Origin: Lama glama
Lineage: Eukaryota
Reading direction: 5' to 3'
DNA: 64,000 nucleotides
Assembly (NCBI GenBank): GCA_028534125.1
Contig: CM052816.1
Span: 94,986,001-95,050,000, forward strand
The translations under genes were made by a program, and so were the position numbers. Numbering within the stretch: the stretch's first letter is position 1; each line of letters begins with the position of its first letter. The notes under the pieces are model-generated. The model was not told the DNA's origin. It ran no database searches and saw only the letters and a program-made list of their open reading frames with translations. Below are positions 51,811-64,000 of this stretch, piece by piece.

Positions 51811-54254
51811 ATTCCTTATGAATTAGAAATAATTGTAGGGCAGTCTGGTTTAGATGAGTAAAAATTTCACATTCAAATTTTCAGAGAATGGCTTTTAAGT
51901 ATCATAAATAGCTTGAACCAACAGCTAAACTTTTTGCAGCATAGTGGTGCTGTAAAATTTAATAACTAGATAAGATTTATTTTTACTCATGTAGAAGACT
52001 TTTCTTTTTTGGTTCAGATATTAACTGGAAGAAGATTAGTATAACAAACTTACATTCCATGTCACTTCTTCCTAGAGACTGCAATGAGACTTGCCTCCAA
52101 CTCTAGCACAATGAATAAGTACTTCTAATGAACAGGATTCTGAGTGAGGGGAAACCATAAGTGTATATTATGCAAAATGAACAAATGCTCCCCGAAAGAG
52201 ACTGGGTGATGACGTGCAAGAAAGAGAAATGAAGTCAATGAAATCAGTTAAATAAAGCATATCTATACCTCTGGCAAAAATAATGGAGATGGTTTAACAT
52301 TTTTAAAAATTACAGTTCGTAGTTCCTTTGATTTCTCTGCTTGACAAACTTCTAAATTCCCCTCTTGGCTACCAGTGTCTGTGAGGGCTTTCAATGCAGC
52401 TTAATGGCAAGGCAGATTGAAGTGGATCTCAGTCCCAGCCAGTGCAGATCACTGCTGGTCTTCATGAGACCTTAGTTCCAAGATCAATTCAAGTGGAGCT
52501 TCCTAAACACAAATTCCGTAACGGGCTTTGGTGTTAAAATTTGTGTGGCCTGTTTGGCTTTCACGTTATTTGCAGAGCAGTGACTTACAGTGTGAGCGTG
52601 TTTATCACTGCGGCCCATTGGAACAAGATTTAGCACATGATTCTTAGGCTTTGAATCAAAAGCTTCCTTCAATTCTAGTTAAATAATTCTATGTTAATGT
52701 TTAATTATTAGAAACGCAAATAAGATCTTCATGTTTGCTCTCACATTGGGGAAAAATAACTTCTTACTAAAGAATGACAACCAGTGTGTCTGAACGTTGC
52801 TCTGGCTGGTGATTAATTCCTACCTGGCCGTGGTTGGCCCCTCAATCAAGGTGCCAGCTGGGAGGTCCCCTGCCAACTCCCATGACATCTGCCTTACACA
52901 GGACACATTCCAAGGCTCCCAGGGTGAACATGCCAGCTCAGGACAGCAGCTTTTGGTCCTTCCCCAGCTCCCATCTACACCTTTGGACAAGTGCTAGTCT
53001 CTGGGTCTCAGTGGCTCAGCGGGTGAGGCCCCTCTGCCCTGGCCCTTAGGAACTCCAGGCCACTCTTGAAGGCTCTGAGAAAAGCCACAAAAGCAACCTG
53101 GAGTCATCCCAGGCCATCCTGTGTGACACTGAGGGAACCCTTCTCAGGGTGATGGCTCTACAGGAAATGGTGGAGCATCAGGCACAAGGAATCTGCTCCA
53201 TCCTCCGAGGCACAGACACATCCTGAGATGGAGTGGGAGAAGTAGCAGTGGGTGAGAGGATGGACACAGCCCTTGTGTTGTCTTTTACTGTGTCCAGGAG
53301 ACTGGCTCTGTCCTGGAGGAGAGGAGCCAGTAGTCCTGACCCCTTGACCTGAAGTCCTGCTCACTCACCTGCTGGACACTTGAAAAATCAACACTGGACC
53401 ACAGTGAGAACTAGAACAGTATTCTGAAATATTGTTGAGGAAACAAACATATAACAGGGTCAAAGTTCAAAATCTTGATCTCTAAGCTTTGCAGCAAGAA
53501 GGGCAAGCATGTTGCCATTTTGAGAATTAATAGATTACTTTACTTGGCGAGGATCTAAGAGGGTGATGGAAAAGCAGTAAATCCTCTGTAGAAATAAATT
53601 AAGTGACTGAATGGAGAGCTGTCGTTTTATCAAGGAAATTGCTTACCAGGGATGAATTCATCGTTCTGCTGTGCCAGAAAATTCTTCGCCAAGAGATGAC
53701 TGGAAGGACGTGCAGACTTTGGGCCAAACTCTTAAAAAACCCAAGTCCAGTGCCCTGGAGACTTAGAATTGTAGCAACTTGAGTTCTTTCTTCTCTAAAT
53801 CAGTGGATGTCAAGCTGGGGTAGGAAACAAAAAGGCTGAGGTTAAACTCAGCTATGATACTGTCTCCTCCATAAATCTGGGCGTTTGCACGTTGATTTTA
53901 GTATCGACAAATCGGCTCTTCCTTTATGAGAGGTCTCGACCTCTCCAAGACGAGTCTCAGACACTCATCATATGATATCTGTCCGAAAACAAAGGCACAA
54001 ATGAGAACAGAAGCAAAAATCAATTGTACAAAAGTGGAAATCAATGCACATGGCAGTTGCTAAACAAGAAGTGACTAAGTTATAGCTGTTGTTGAGCTGG
54101 ATCTCCAAGTTGGGGGAGAATCCTGCTGAGCAGCATCCAGCTGAAGTGTTCCTCTCCCACGAGGCTTCACCCGTAGCATTTTAAATCAAAACCTCCAAAA
54201 ATACCCCAGAGACAAACGGCAGGGGAAAAGGATTGAATCAGAAACTAAGAAAAC

Positions 54255-55200
54255 TTTTTTTGTTTTAAGTATAATTTGATTTACAATGTTGTGTTAGTTT
54301 CAAGTGTACAGCAAAGTGATTCAGTTATATATATGTATGTGTATATATATATCTTTTTCAGATTCTTTTCTATTATAGGTTATTACATGATATTAAATAT
54401 AGTTCCCTGTGCTGTACAGTAGGTCCTTGTTTATCTATTTTATATATAATAGTGTGTATCTGTTAATCCCATACCTTTAACTGATCCCTCCTCTGCCCCT
54501 TTCCCCTTTGGTAACCATCTTTGTTTTCTATGTCTGTGAGTCTATTTCTATTTTGTCAATAAGTTGATTTATCTTCTTTTTTAGATTCCACATATAAGTG
54601 ATAATCATGATATTTGTCTTTCTCTGTCTGACTTACTTAGTATGGTCATCTCCAGGTTCATCCATGGTGCTGCAAATGGCATTATCTTTTAATTTTTTAT
54701 GGCTGAGTAGTATTCCATTGTATAAATATACCACATCTTTATCCAGTCATCTGTCAATGGACATTTAGGTTGTTTCCATGCCTCGGCTGTTGTAAATAGT
54801 GCTGCTATGAACATTGGGGTGCAGGTGTCTTTTTGAATTAAGGTTCCCTCTGGGCATATGCCCAGGAGTGGGATTGCTGGATTGTATGGTAAGTCTGTTC
54901 TCACTTTTGAGGAATCTCCATACTGTTCTCTGTATTGGCTGCACCAAACTGCATTCCCACCAGCAGTGCAGGAGGGGTCCCTTTTCTCCACACCCTCTCT
55001 AGCATTTATCATTTGTGGACTTTTGAATGATGGCCATTCTGACTGGTGTGAGGTGATACCTCACTGTAGTTTTGATTTGCATTTCTCTGATCATTACCAA
55101 TATTGAGCATGGTTTCATGTGCTTATTGGCCAAGCATATGTCTTCACTGGAGAATGTCTTGTTTAGGTCCTTCTGCTCATTTTTGGATTGGGTTGTTTGC
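54255..55200 (-). mobile_element. Artiodactyl L1 3' end (~0.95 kb)
   Basis: T-rich tail, ttacaatgttgtgttagtttcaagtgtacagc; minus-strand ORF fragment ...[13 protein letters not shown]...WKQPKCP...MWYIYTMEYYSAIK. Confidence 0.93.
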
Positions 55201-55439
55201 TTAACAGTTATTTCTTGATTATTTTATTTTATGCTTATATTTGGTTCTATTCTAAAATATACATTTTTTTCTATTTATCATCCAGGTTTCTTGTTAAGTC
55301 ATTTTCTTTGAGTGAGAACCTAACCGTATCAGTTTTCCTCTTGTTTCAGCCTCTCCCACTGGTCTTTCATTCTTTTCCGATAGATACTCATTCTCTTTGT
55401 GCTTCTAGCTTACAGAAGAAAAAAGCAATGTCCCCCACC

Positions 55440-57130
55440 AGCCATCCTCCTCCATCTCCCGCCCCACCACTTTCTGCCCTCACGTGCTCTGCCTTTCACA
55501 GTTAAGTTTCTAGAAAGTTCAGGTTTCATGCACTACTTTCCATTTCATGCTGCAGTCAGATGTGGTGTCTGTCCTAACACCTCCTTTGAAATTGCTCCTA
55601 ACCGCAGGGTTCAGCCATTCCCATCCTCTGTGTTAGTCAGGGAGGGCTCCCAGCTGTAACAGGCAGACCTTAACACCAAATGATCCAACTCAGTAGAAGT
55701 TTACCTTCCTGCAACCATCATGGTCAGGTGTTCGTGTGGGCAGGTCAGCTCTTCTCCACGGAGACAGCAGGGAACCCAGACTCCTTCCTCTGCTGTGACT
55801 CCGCCTGCCACATACTCGGCAACAGCACAAGTGCATCACCTCCCGGTCCATTGGCTGGATCTCTATCACACGGCCGTACAAAACTGCGAGGGAAGTTGGG
55901 ACGTGTAGTCTAGGTGTGTGTCCAGGAAGAAAAGGAAATGAACTTGGGAGACCAGTTAGCAGTCCTGGCCACATCCTCCTCCCTTACATGATCTCCTCCA
56001 GGCTTCTCAGCTACCGCTCTCCCCCGGGTCTTCTCTGACCTTGCAAGACTCCATCTCAGTCTTCTTTGCAGACTCCTGGTCTTCCCTGACGCAACTTTGC
56101 TTTTCACCCTATATCCTCTAGTGGAGATGATCTCATCTACCCTATGGCTTTTAAGTACATTTGAAGGCCACTGGCATCTGCATTTACTTCTCTATGTGGT
56201 CCTCACTCCTGAACTCTAAGCTTATACATACACAACCACCAACGCGACATCTCCACTGAAATAGCTCACAGGCTCTGACAGCCCACACATCTAACATGTA
56301 GCTCTCAATATCTCCCCCAAATCCATCCTCCCTCCATTGTTGCCCATCTCAGTAAACAGCACCTAGTCCGCCCAGTGGTTCTTTCCAGAAATCCAGGAGT
56401 TACCCAGTTCATACCTCCCTCTTCCTGATCTCACTCCATTTAGCACCAAGCCCTGTGGATTCTATTGTCTGAATATCTCTCAAATCCAGCTTCCTCCCCC
56501 ATCTTCATTTTCACCATCACCTGCCCCTAGTCCTAGAGCAATTGCTGCCTGATTGGTTTTACGGAACCTCCTTCACCAACCTCAGTCTCTTTTCCCTTAA
56601 GCATTCAGAACACACTCTTAAAAAATCCAGATCTAACCATGTCAGTCTCCTGATTAAAATTCCTCATTAGCTTCCAATTCCTCTCAAGATAGAGCCCGAC
56701 ACACCTCTCTAAGCTGACCTCCCTCAATCACATTGTTTCAGCCACATTGGCCTCCTAGTTCCCCCTGCTCTTCCTTGCAGGCACAAGAGTGTCAACCTCA
56801 GTGCCTTTGCATGGCACGGGCAAAGGTTCATTCCTCAGCCAAGAATGCCTTCCCTTCTCTCCCGCCAAGCCTGGTTATTTCCATCTCAGTTTAACTGTCA
56901 CTTCCTCAAAGAAACCAGCCTCTCCATCTCTCTAAGGCTAGTAAAAATCCTTCATAACTTGTACATTTGCTTCATGGCTCTTACCAGAAATGTGATGTGA
57001 GGTAATGTAATCCTATTTTAAATACCCATCTCCCCTTTACCTTCCCCTCAGGAGCCATGCCTGACTCTCTGTTCTCATTGCCCTGTGCTCAGCACAGTGC
57101 TAGGTACTTTTTAACGTTTATTAAACAAAT
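55440..57130 (+). mobile_element. L2 LINE, interrupted by an MLT1 LTR
   Basis: ctcactcctgaactc, ccatctcagtaaacagcacc, cagatctaaccatgtca, ctcagcacagtgctagg 3' motifs. Confidence 0.75.
55629..55973 (-). mobile_element. MLT1J/K/L-type solo LTR nested in L2
   Basis: tgtgttagtcagg...ggccaca termini (TG...CA) with a perfect 5-bp TSD TCCTC (55624-55628 and 55974-55978). Confidence 0.85.
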
Positions 57131-60100
57131 CCAACAACGTAGCCACCCCAGAGTTTAAGCTTAACAGAGGGCACATTCAGTGGTTCTGCTTCCATTTCCA
57201 TGGTCTGAGACATTCAGAAGCAGCGTAGGGTGTGCAGATTTTGCAGCTGGGACCCAGGGTGAGCTTTGAACTTATTGGCCTCTGATGGATATAGATCTAA
57301 AATACCTGGCTTTTCATATGTCAGAATGTCTTCAGTACTGAAAGCCGGACTTGGATTTGTAAACCTGAAGACCGGACTTGGTTCAGTTTCACCCCAAATT
57401 TAACTTTGCAGCACTGATTAGAACAGAGGCCATTGTTAAACGTCGTCCACTGCAGAGCTTGGTTTTAAGGCCACCAGAGTGACACCAGGGAAACAAAAGG
57501 CCTGAGCTGGTCGTAGGTCCATTTCCCCAGTGGTTTTCTGCATTCTATTTGGTACCAGTAGTTCACAATGGTATACTTTCTTCGACCAAATTGTATCAGT
57601 TTGCTTCCAGTTTGTCAAATCTTCTCAGTGATACCAGTTTTTTAGAATTAGTCCAATGGCAGTAAATTGAATTCCTGAAATGGATTTACTCAATATTTGC
57701 TTTTAAAAGACGGTACTGTAGAAGACTCTCACCCTTACGTGTACTGTACCTTTAAGTACCCAAATCAATTCAATTAAATTTCGTTAGACGCACCGGAGCT
57801 GAAACGAGCTAATGAAAGTAACCGGCCTGCCAGGTGGTATTTATTTCTGCATTAAATGGTAAATACTCCCCTTTGGCCCTTAAGATTTGGTGTAAATATT
57901 TAACTCTGATAGCTTTTGGAATTGTTGATGGAATTAATTCTAATGAATCTTTAACAAACAGTTTACCTTAAAAAGAGATGGAAGCTTGTTTTATGGTAGC
58001 AAAGAGGACTTGCGGTTTCAGTGACACGCAAAATCGGGCTTTGTCTTCCGTCACTCAGGCTGAATACTCTATTTCCGTTTTTTTCTCTCTATGATACCTA
58101 TTATTGAAAGAAGGAGGATGTTTGTATAATTACCACTAATGTGGAATCTTTTCTGTCTCTGCTTCATGTGATTACATCGATAGGTTTATTCCACTAAAAA
58201 ATGACTGGAAAACTGGCACAATTTTGAGCGATCAGGTTTTCCACAAGTGAGCAATGTCTTCGCTGGTTCAGGGGATGGCAACAATTCAGGTTTTAACTTT
58301 TATTTGAAAAACAGGTTCCTGACACGGTCCCGTTGGTGACGGCAGGTACAAGCTGTTTGTGTTCTAGGTTGAATAAGTGGATGAACTTGAGTTGCTAAAA
58401 GCCCCAAGGATTTTCAGCACGCTTCCTCTGCATCTCAAGTCACTCACAGCAAATGAGAATTGACAAGCTTTATGGGCCGAGAGCCTTCAAGGACAGCTTC
58501 CGCAAAAAACTTGCATTTGTTACTTCAGAACTAAATAGTCTTTTTAAGCCTACTGAGAAATTCTTGTTTAGATGCCAACTTAATCTTATCCGATGAAGGA
58601 AGTTCCAGAGATGTTTCCAAAGGGAGGAAAAACATACTGGCGGACGGTGTCCTTGTATATATGTTGGGTTCCAACTAATATCCTCAGTGGAAGGAACAAC
58701 TATTCTCCATTTTCAAGGTTAATTATTTATTGAACCTTTTGTCCAAGTCACAGATGTCACTTATCATTAGAAGAGATTTGTTACATCTAAATTTGAAGTA
58801 TAGAAGATAAAACTTCCACAACTCACTTTGGAAGCAGAACTGCAAGTGGAAGCCTCACCATTTAGCTCATCATCACAGCTATAAATATTCATGGGCGTTG
58901 TCACTTTCCACCCCATCGTTGTCTAGTCACTAAAGGGAGCCTCTTTCCGAGCTCAGGATCACAGCGTCAGTAACCTGAAATCCCACGCCCTGTTAGTATC
59001 ACCTCCTAAAGCAGGTTGACGAGGGTTTGGTGCTCAACCCCTTTTCTCTAGCCTCTCTAGTCACCAGATCCTCCAAACAGCCCTTGAGATATTTACTCTT
59101 CCTCTCCACTTCTGCTCTAAGCTCTTTATTACACAGACTGAACAAGTTCTCTCCCTAATCTCTTCTCCCTCCTCTTCCAGCTGGCAACATCCTTCCCCAT
59201 GCTCCTCTGATCCAGCCCTGGGGGGCGGGGCTCACTCCCGGCTCTGCGGGCAGTGACAGGACGCTCTCTGGCCGTCGGGGGAGGAGGAATTCTGGGCACA
59301 CTCCCACGTGGCTCCGTTTCATTCCCTCACACCCATAGGCTCTGCACATCTCCTGCTGGCACACACGGCACCCTGCTCCCTCTCCGGAGCAGTGACTCTG
59401 TTCATCAGTGTTCCCTGCCCAGTGATGTTCCCACAAGATGACCCCTCCAGAAACTGGCCCATTCGGTCTCGTGGGCACAGTCCACACCAAGTGGCAGGTG
59501 TGGGCCCCTGAACCCCACCTAAAGGAGATGGGAGCATATCTAATGAGAAATGTACCTGTCTCCCCCTTCTCCTTTTCTCCTGGCTCTGCTAACGATCATG
59601 TCTGGGGAGAAGTGAGTGTATCTGCTGTGGACAGGTGCTTATGTTTCCTGAGCTGCAGGATGCAGGAAGCGGTAGAGATTGGTGAAAGGGCTGGGGTGTG
59701 CGAGGTACGTGCTCCGAGAGCTGTGGGTGGACTCAGCGCTGATCCAGGGCCAGATGTGGCAGGTGGAATGATGCTCCAAGATTATTTACAAGATTGGTTA
59801 AAGAGGAGGCAGCTTTGTATACCTCACATTGAAACATGGGGAGCTGAGAGAATTTACCATTTCAAATGGAGCAGGCAAGCCATAGGCTACTTTTATCTTT
59901 TTCTTTTCTTTTTCGTAGGTGCCATTTTAGCTAAACTAACCCTGCCTGCAGCCCAGCAGTGAGTATGTCGTAAAGGACTGATACACCAGTTGCAGCAGGT
60001 GACACTGGTGAGGTTGCTCTAAGCTAGACTGAAAAAAAAAATTGTAAGGCTCTGATAACCTTCGTTCGTTAACTGTAGAGTTAGCAGTAAAGACAATGAC

Positions 60101-60769
60101 ATCGCTTATCGTTGCATTTACAATAATGAACGCAGTCATCTTAAATCAAATCTGACCGGTGTGTATCAGGCACCTCCGTGTTGCAGGTATGGTGCTAGAG
60201 ACCAGGGCTTTGGAAGTAAACAAGCCCGGCCCTACCTCACAGCTGGGCGGACAGATAAGCTTGCAACAGACCAAAGTGTGATGTCATAGCATTTTGTTCA
60301 TAGCTGACAAAGAAAACTGTAGCAGCGTTGCTGAAAGCTTTCCCAGACCTCAGAGGTAGAATTCATTTAGCAATAGTGACTTAATGAACACGTGCGGCCT
60401 GCCTCCTGTTTACCTAGCACAAAACTGAGCAGGAGGAGGAAGATGTGACAGGCAGAAACAGAGAAGGTACTGTGTCTGGTCATGGAGCTGCCTGGTCAAA
60501 GGTGTCGACTGTGAAATCGAATCATGTGGTGCTGGCTGGGTAATCAGGCATGACTGGGGCTCAGTTGGGGGCGGGGGTAGGTTTAGGGTCCCTCTGCTCT
60601 GAGGTTGCACCTCTTTTTGTTCCTGTAGACATCAGCCTTGAGAATGCCTTATCTGACTTTCCCAAATAGAGTCAGAGACCGACGGATCTCCTAGGATTTA
60701 GCCCTTTAAAATGTATTCTGTATCCCTGTTAGTCCCCGCCAGCCACTGTTGCAGAGACCCTCCAAGTTC

Positions 60770-60908
60770 CCAGCCAGGCTGTTCACTAGCGTCACCTGGG
60801 GGCTTTTGAAAATACCAAGGCCCAGACCCTACTCAGAGCAATTTAAACAGAAGCTCAGAGCCTGAGGCACAGGCAGGACTCTGTTGTAAATTCCCCAAGG
60901 TGACTGAG
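60770..60908. mobile_element. MER5A-like DNA transposon
   Basis: tcacctgggggcttttgaaaatac...gcccagaccctac...ttccccaaggtga. Confidence 0.65.
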
Positions 60909-63900
60909 TCTTTTTGCCCTTAATTTATGGGACAGAAACTGAGACAGAGCTTACCAGTCATTGGGAGAGACTGGGTTCTCACTGGGAGCGAAGGGCTGAC
61001 TCGGACACCTGTCTAATTCGACCTCTCCATCAACAGAGACCCAGAGTGAAAGCAGTTTTGAGCCTTGACAGATAGCTTTAGCTCATCCTTTGCACACAGA
61101 CCTAACAAATGCACGTGCTGATCTGAATGGACTGTCCCGCAGAGTTTCCAGAATAAGAGGCTATGGGGCGAGTGTGTGTTGTACTAACCTTGTGTAGACT
61201 GGTCTGAAAGACCTTCATCTGAGCTCTGTTAGTGGAAATCTCTCTAGTAACAGTCTTCTTGGAGATGTTTATGGGATGGTAGAATAGAAATACATATCTC
61301 TATGATGATAAACAAATATATATATATGATGGAGATGGTTATAAATTCAGGGACCTCAAAATACTTCAGGGGAAGGTCTGTAGGAAATAGAGCAACCGCC
61401 AAGTAGACAAACCATGAGGACCCATAATGGTCGTGAGGCTGTGAAGAACGTGACCTTGATTCTCACATTCTCTGGACCATTGAAAATACTGATGTGGATA
61501 AGACTAGCTTTAGGGAATAAAACAATTTCATAAAGAAACACGCCGGAAACTTTCACACAGAAGCTGAAACTGGTAGAAGGACAGTAAGAGGGTGAGATAA
61601 AGAAAATCAGATTATTTCTGGTGGCAATTTAAAGTTCAATGACTTTGAACTCCTCTTCTCTTGAATGTCTATCTCCCTATACTTGGAACAATTTAACAAC
61701 CTCCAGTTTTAAGTTTAATGTGTTAAAAATAAAAGGCAATTTGAGGTGCAGATCTCATATCACATTTTTGACAGCTTGGCTGGGTCTGGAGCTGAAGGGC
61801 ACAGCTTTGCGGTCATTCTGCTGGAGGTGAAAGATGGACGTTAAAGGAGTTCTTTATCATCTAAGGGCTAACAGCCCTACCCTAGTTCCTGTGACTATTC
61901 GTCGCTCTGTTTCTTTCCCTGAGCTTTCTTCTCTAACCCCTAGAAGACAAAGGTATGATGTGAAGGGGCACTGCGGTTAAGCACTCAATAGCATAGAATT
62001 CAGGGAAGAGCCTCTGGTCTATAATGAGTTAAAATGTCAAGAAGAAAAAATAGTGATCAAAGAGGCAAATAATGATTTAACAACTCTGTACCCAAATTGT
62101 GTGTGTTTGTGTAAGCCACTTTCAAGTCTTTCTGAGTGACAGTGGTAATAAATGAATAATTAAATTGATTGCACGTTGCCTAGATGACAAGTATGTCCAC
62201 GGCTAGTTGGATAAAAGAAATGTGAGTGTTGCAGTAACTATCCTGGAGAAAATATACCTTCATGTTCCTTCTTCTTTAGAAAGAAAACCATTTTTTTTTT
62301 CCGTTAAATGACTAAAACTTTCAGTGCAGTGAAAGATGGAGAGGGTCGGTCATGAGATCCATCTGCGAGTAGTTATTCAGCATAACTGAAAAAAGGTTAT
62401 ATTGCTCCCGGTTATGTTTGGAGGTAGGTGCCGTCAGAATTAAAACTGAGGTCCCTTGCAGGCACAGGTGAATGTAGCAGTTTTGGAGTTCTTTGTTTTG
62501 ATCATCACACCTTTCACTGTGCATCAGTCCATAAAGGGAGGGATAGAGATGGAGATAACCAGCTACCTCTCCTTGCTCCTCCAGGATCTCCCAAGCTGTG
62601 GCTCAGGAAACTGCTCTAATCCAGACCCTTAACTGGGTTTCCACGCTGCGCTGTTCCCTAAGCCCCGCCCTCATCCCCCAGTCAGAGATCCTGTGCGCAT
62701 GCGTGTAATCACTGGCCCGAAGCAGAGGGGTCGGGCTCCTGGCAGCCCCCTCGGTGCCTCTAACACACTCCTTATCATCCCCAGGTGTGCGCTAATCCCA
62801 CCACCCACAGGCAAGTCACCTGCAGAGACTCATTCTGTCACACGTCTGCATTCTCAGAAATGGGTCTCATGAAGGATTTGAAAGCTTTTTTTGGTGCTTT
62901 TTATGAGTTCATTCCTTCATAAGCAGTTTTATTATTACATCCACTCTCCTGACACTTCCAGGGATGTAAATATTTGCGTGGTCCCAACGGAATCTAAGCA
63001 TCCTGAATCCTGAACTGCCGAGCAAACATCTCCGGTCACCTGGGTAAGAGTGAGATGCTGGCTAACCCAGCGCTACTCGCCAAGTAAAACCGGACTGAGA
63101 GTCGAGCCTCATTCATGTCTGGTGTCTCCTGGGTCTCAGAACACCCATCAGGCATTAGCCGATATTCCTACTGTGAAATACCTTGCCTTCCTTTAATGAC
63201 ATACGGATTATCATTACTCATTCACGACCAGAGAAGTCGCCACTTCCTGGGCCACTGCCTGGAACCCCACCCACCCAAAGTAAACCTTCTAAACTGCAAG
63301 TGAGGCAGACGTAAAATGACCTGCCTCTGTTTGGTCGTATTTAAGGATTTTTGCTGTCAACAAAGCATTCCCTTCAAAAGAAAGGAATATCTTTTTCAAA
63401 CACTTTTTTAAATTGTTCCCATACCTGCGTCACGGGTCCTTGCACTTCGGAAACACGAGACGTGCTTTTAGAAGATTGCCCCTCCCCTGTCCTTGCCGCG
63501 GCCGCGCCCCCGGAGGACTGAAGGGAGATGCTCAGAGCTCCAGCAGAGACTGTCCGTTCTCGCCTCCCGCCCTGGCCCCTGCCTCTTCCCACGGCTCCCG
63601 CCTTCCCCTCAGGAGGTGGTGGCTGTTTGCTCTTAGTCCCTCCTCACCTCCGTCACCACCAACTGCCCAAGACGCCTGGGTCGGCCTTTGTTTCTGGACT
63701 CTTCTCACTCAGAGGCTCTAAATGACCAGTAATCTACCCCAGTAGTCCACCTCTCCCTACTCCCTCCCGTCCTCTCCCCCTTTAAATCCCCCATCTCTAC
63801 CACCCACACCTTCGTTTTTAGTCTTGTTGCTCTGACATCTGAGGACAGCCTCCCCGACCCCCTGCAGCCCTCTCAAGTGGTGGCCGTTTCGCTTCCCACC

Positions 63901-64000
63901 CCTCCCCCACCTCACTAGGCTGGGAGGTGGAGTAGGTGTCCTCCTTGCTCCTCTGCTCTTTCCAGAAAGTTCTCCTCTCTCCTCCCTCGAGGAAACCCCT

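Noticed and set aside
57338..57381. 27-bp-period duplication containing ccggacttgg
   Set aside because: Ordinary short slippage duplication with no sign of function.
57826..57840. CTCF-like motif ctgccaggtggtat
   Set aside because: Several mismatches at informative positions; cannot be supported without a PWM scan or ChIP data.
59438..59962. 174-aa ORF, the longest in the window
   Set aside because: No recognisable domain or coding bias; expected by chance in GC-richer sequence.

Overview
Mammalian genomic DNA, not prokaryotic. The young L1 3' tails and the lack of recognisable Bov-A/BovB, PRE-1 or CHR SINEs point to an artiodactyl, most likely a camelid. The window lies inside the long gene CTNND2 (delta-catenin) on the + strand. 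It holds only two coding exons, 31352-31562 (211 nt) and 45461-45545 (85 nt), which encode the last armadillo-repeat region and splice in frame across canonical GT-AG sites. The rest is intron, with many decayed repeats (L1, L2, MIR, MaLR/ERV solo LTRs, hAT-type MERs) and microsatellites. All other ORF-track entries are chance ORFs or broken L1 fragments. I see no clearly new biological system. The best oddities concern splicing and retroposition: (1) an antisense L1 tail inserted into the polypyrimidine tract of the second exon, displacing its apparent branch point; (2) a distal branch point with a ~120-nt AG-free zone at the first exon; (3) a composite L1 with two 5'UTR-ORF1 modules that may have inserted as one unit; (4) a 21-bp templated insertion inside that L1, copied from 2 kb away; (5) an L1-derived cryptic exon or AG|GT site next to a 207-nt pyrimidine tract. 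Repeat family names come from recalled consensus motifs, not a search, and boundaries are approximate unless a TSD is quoted.
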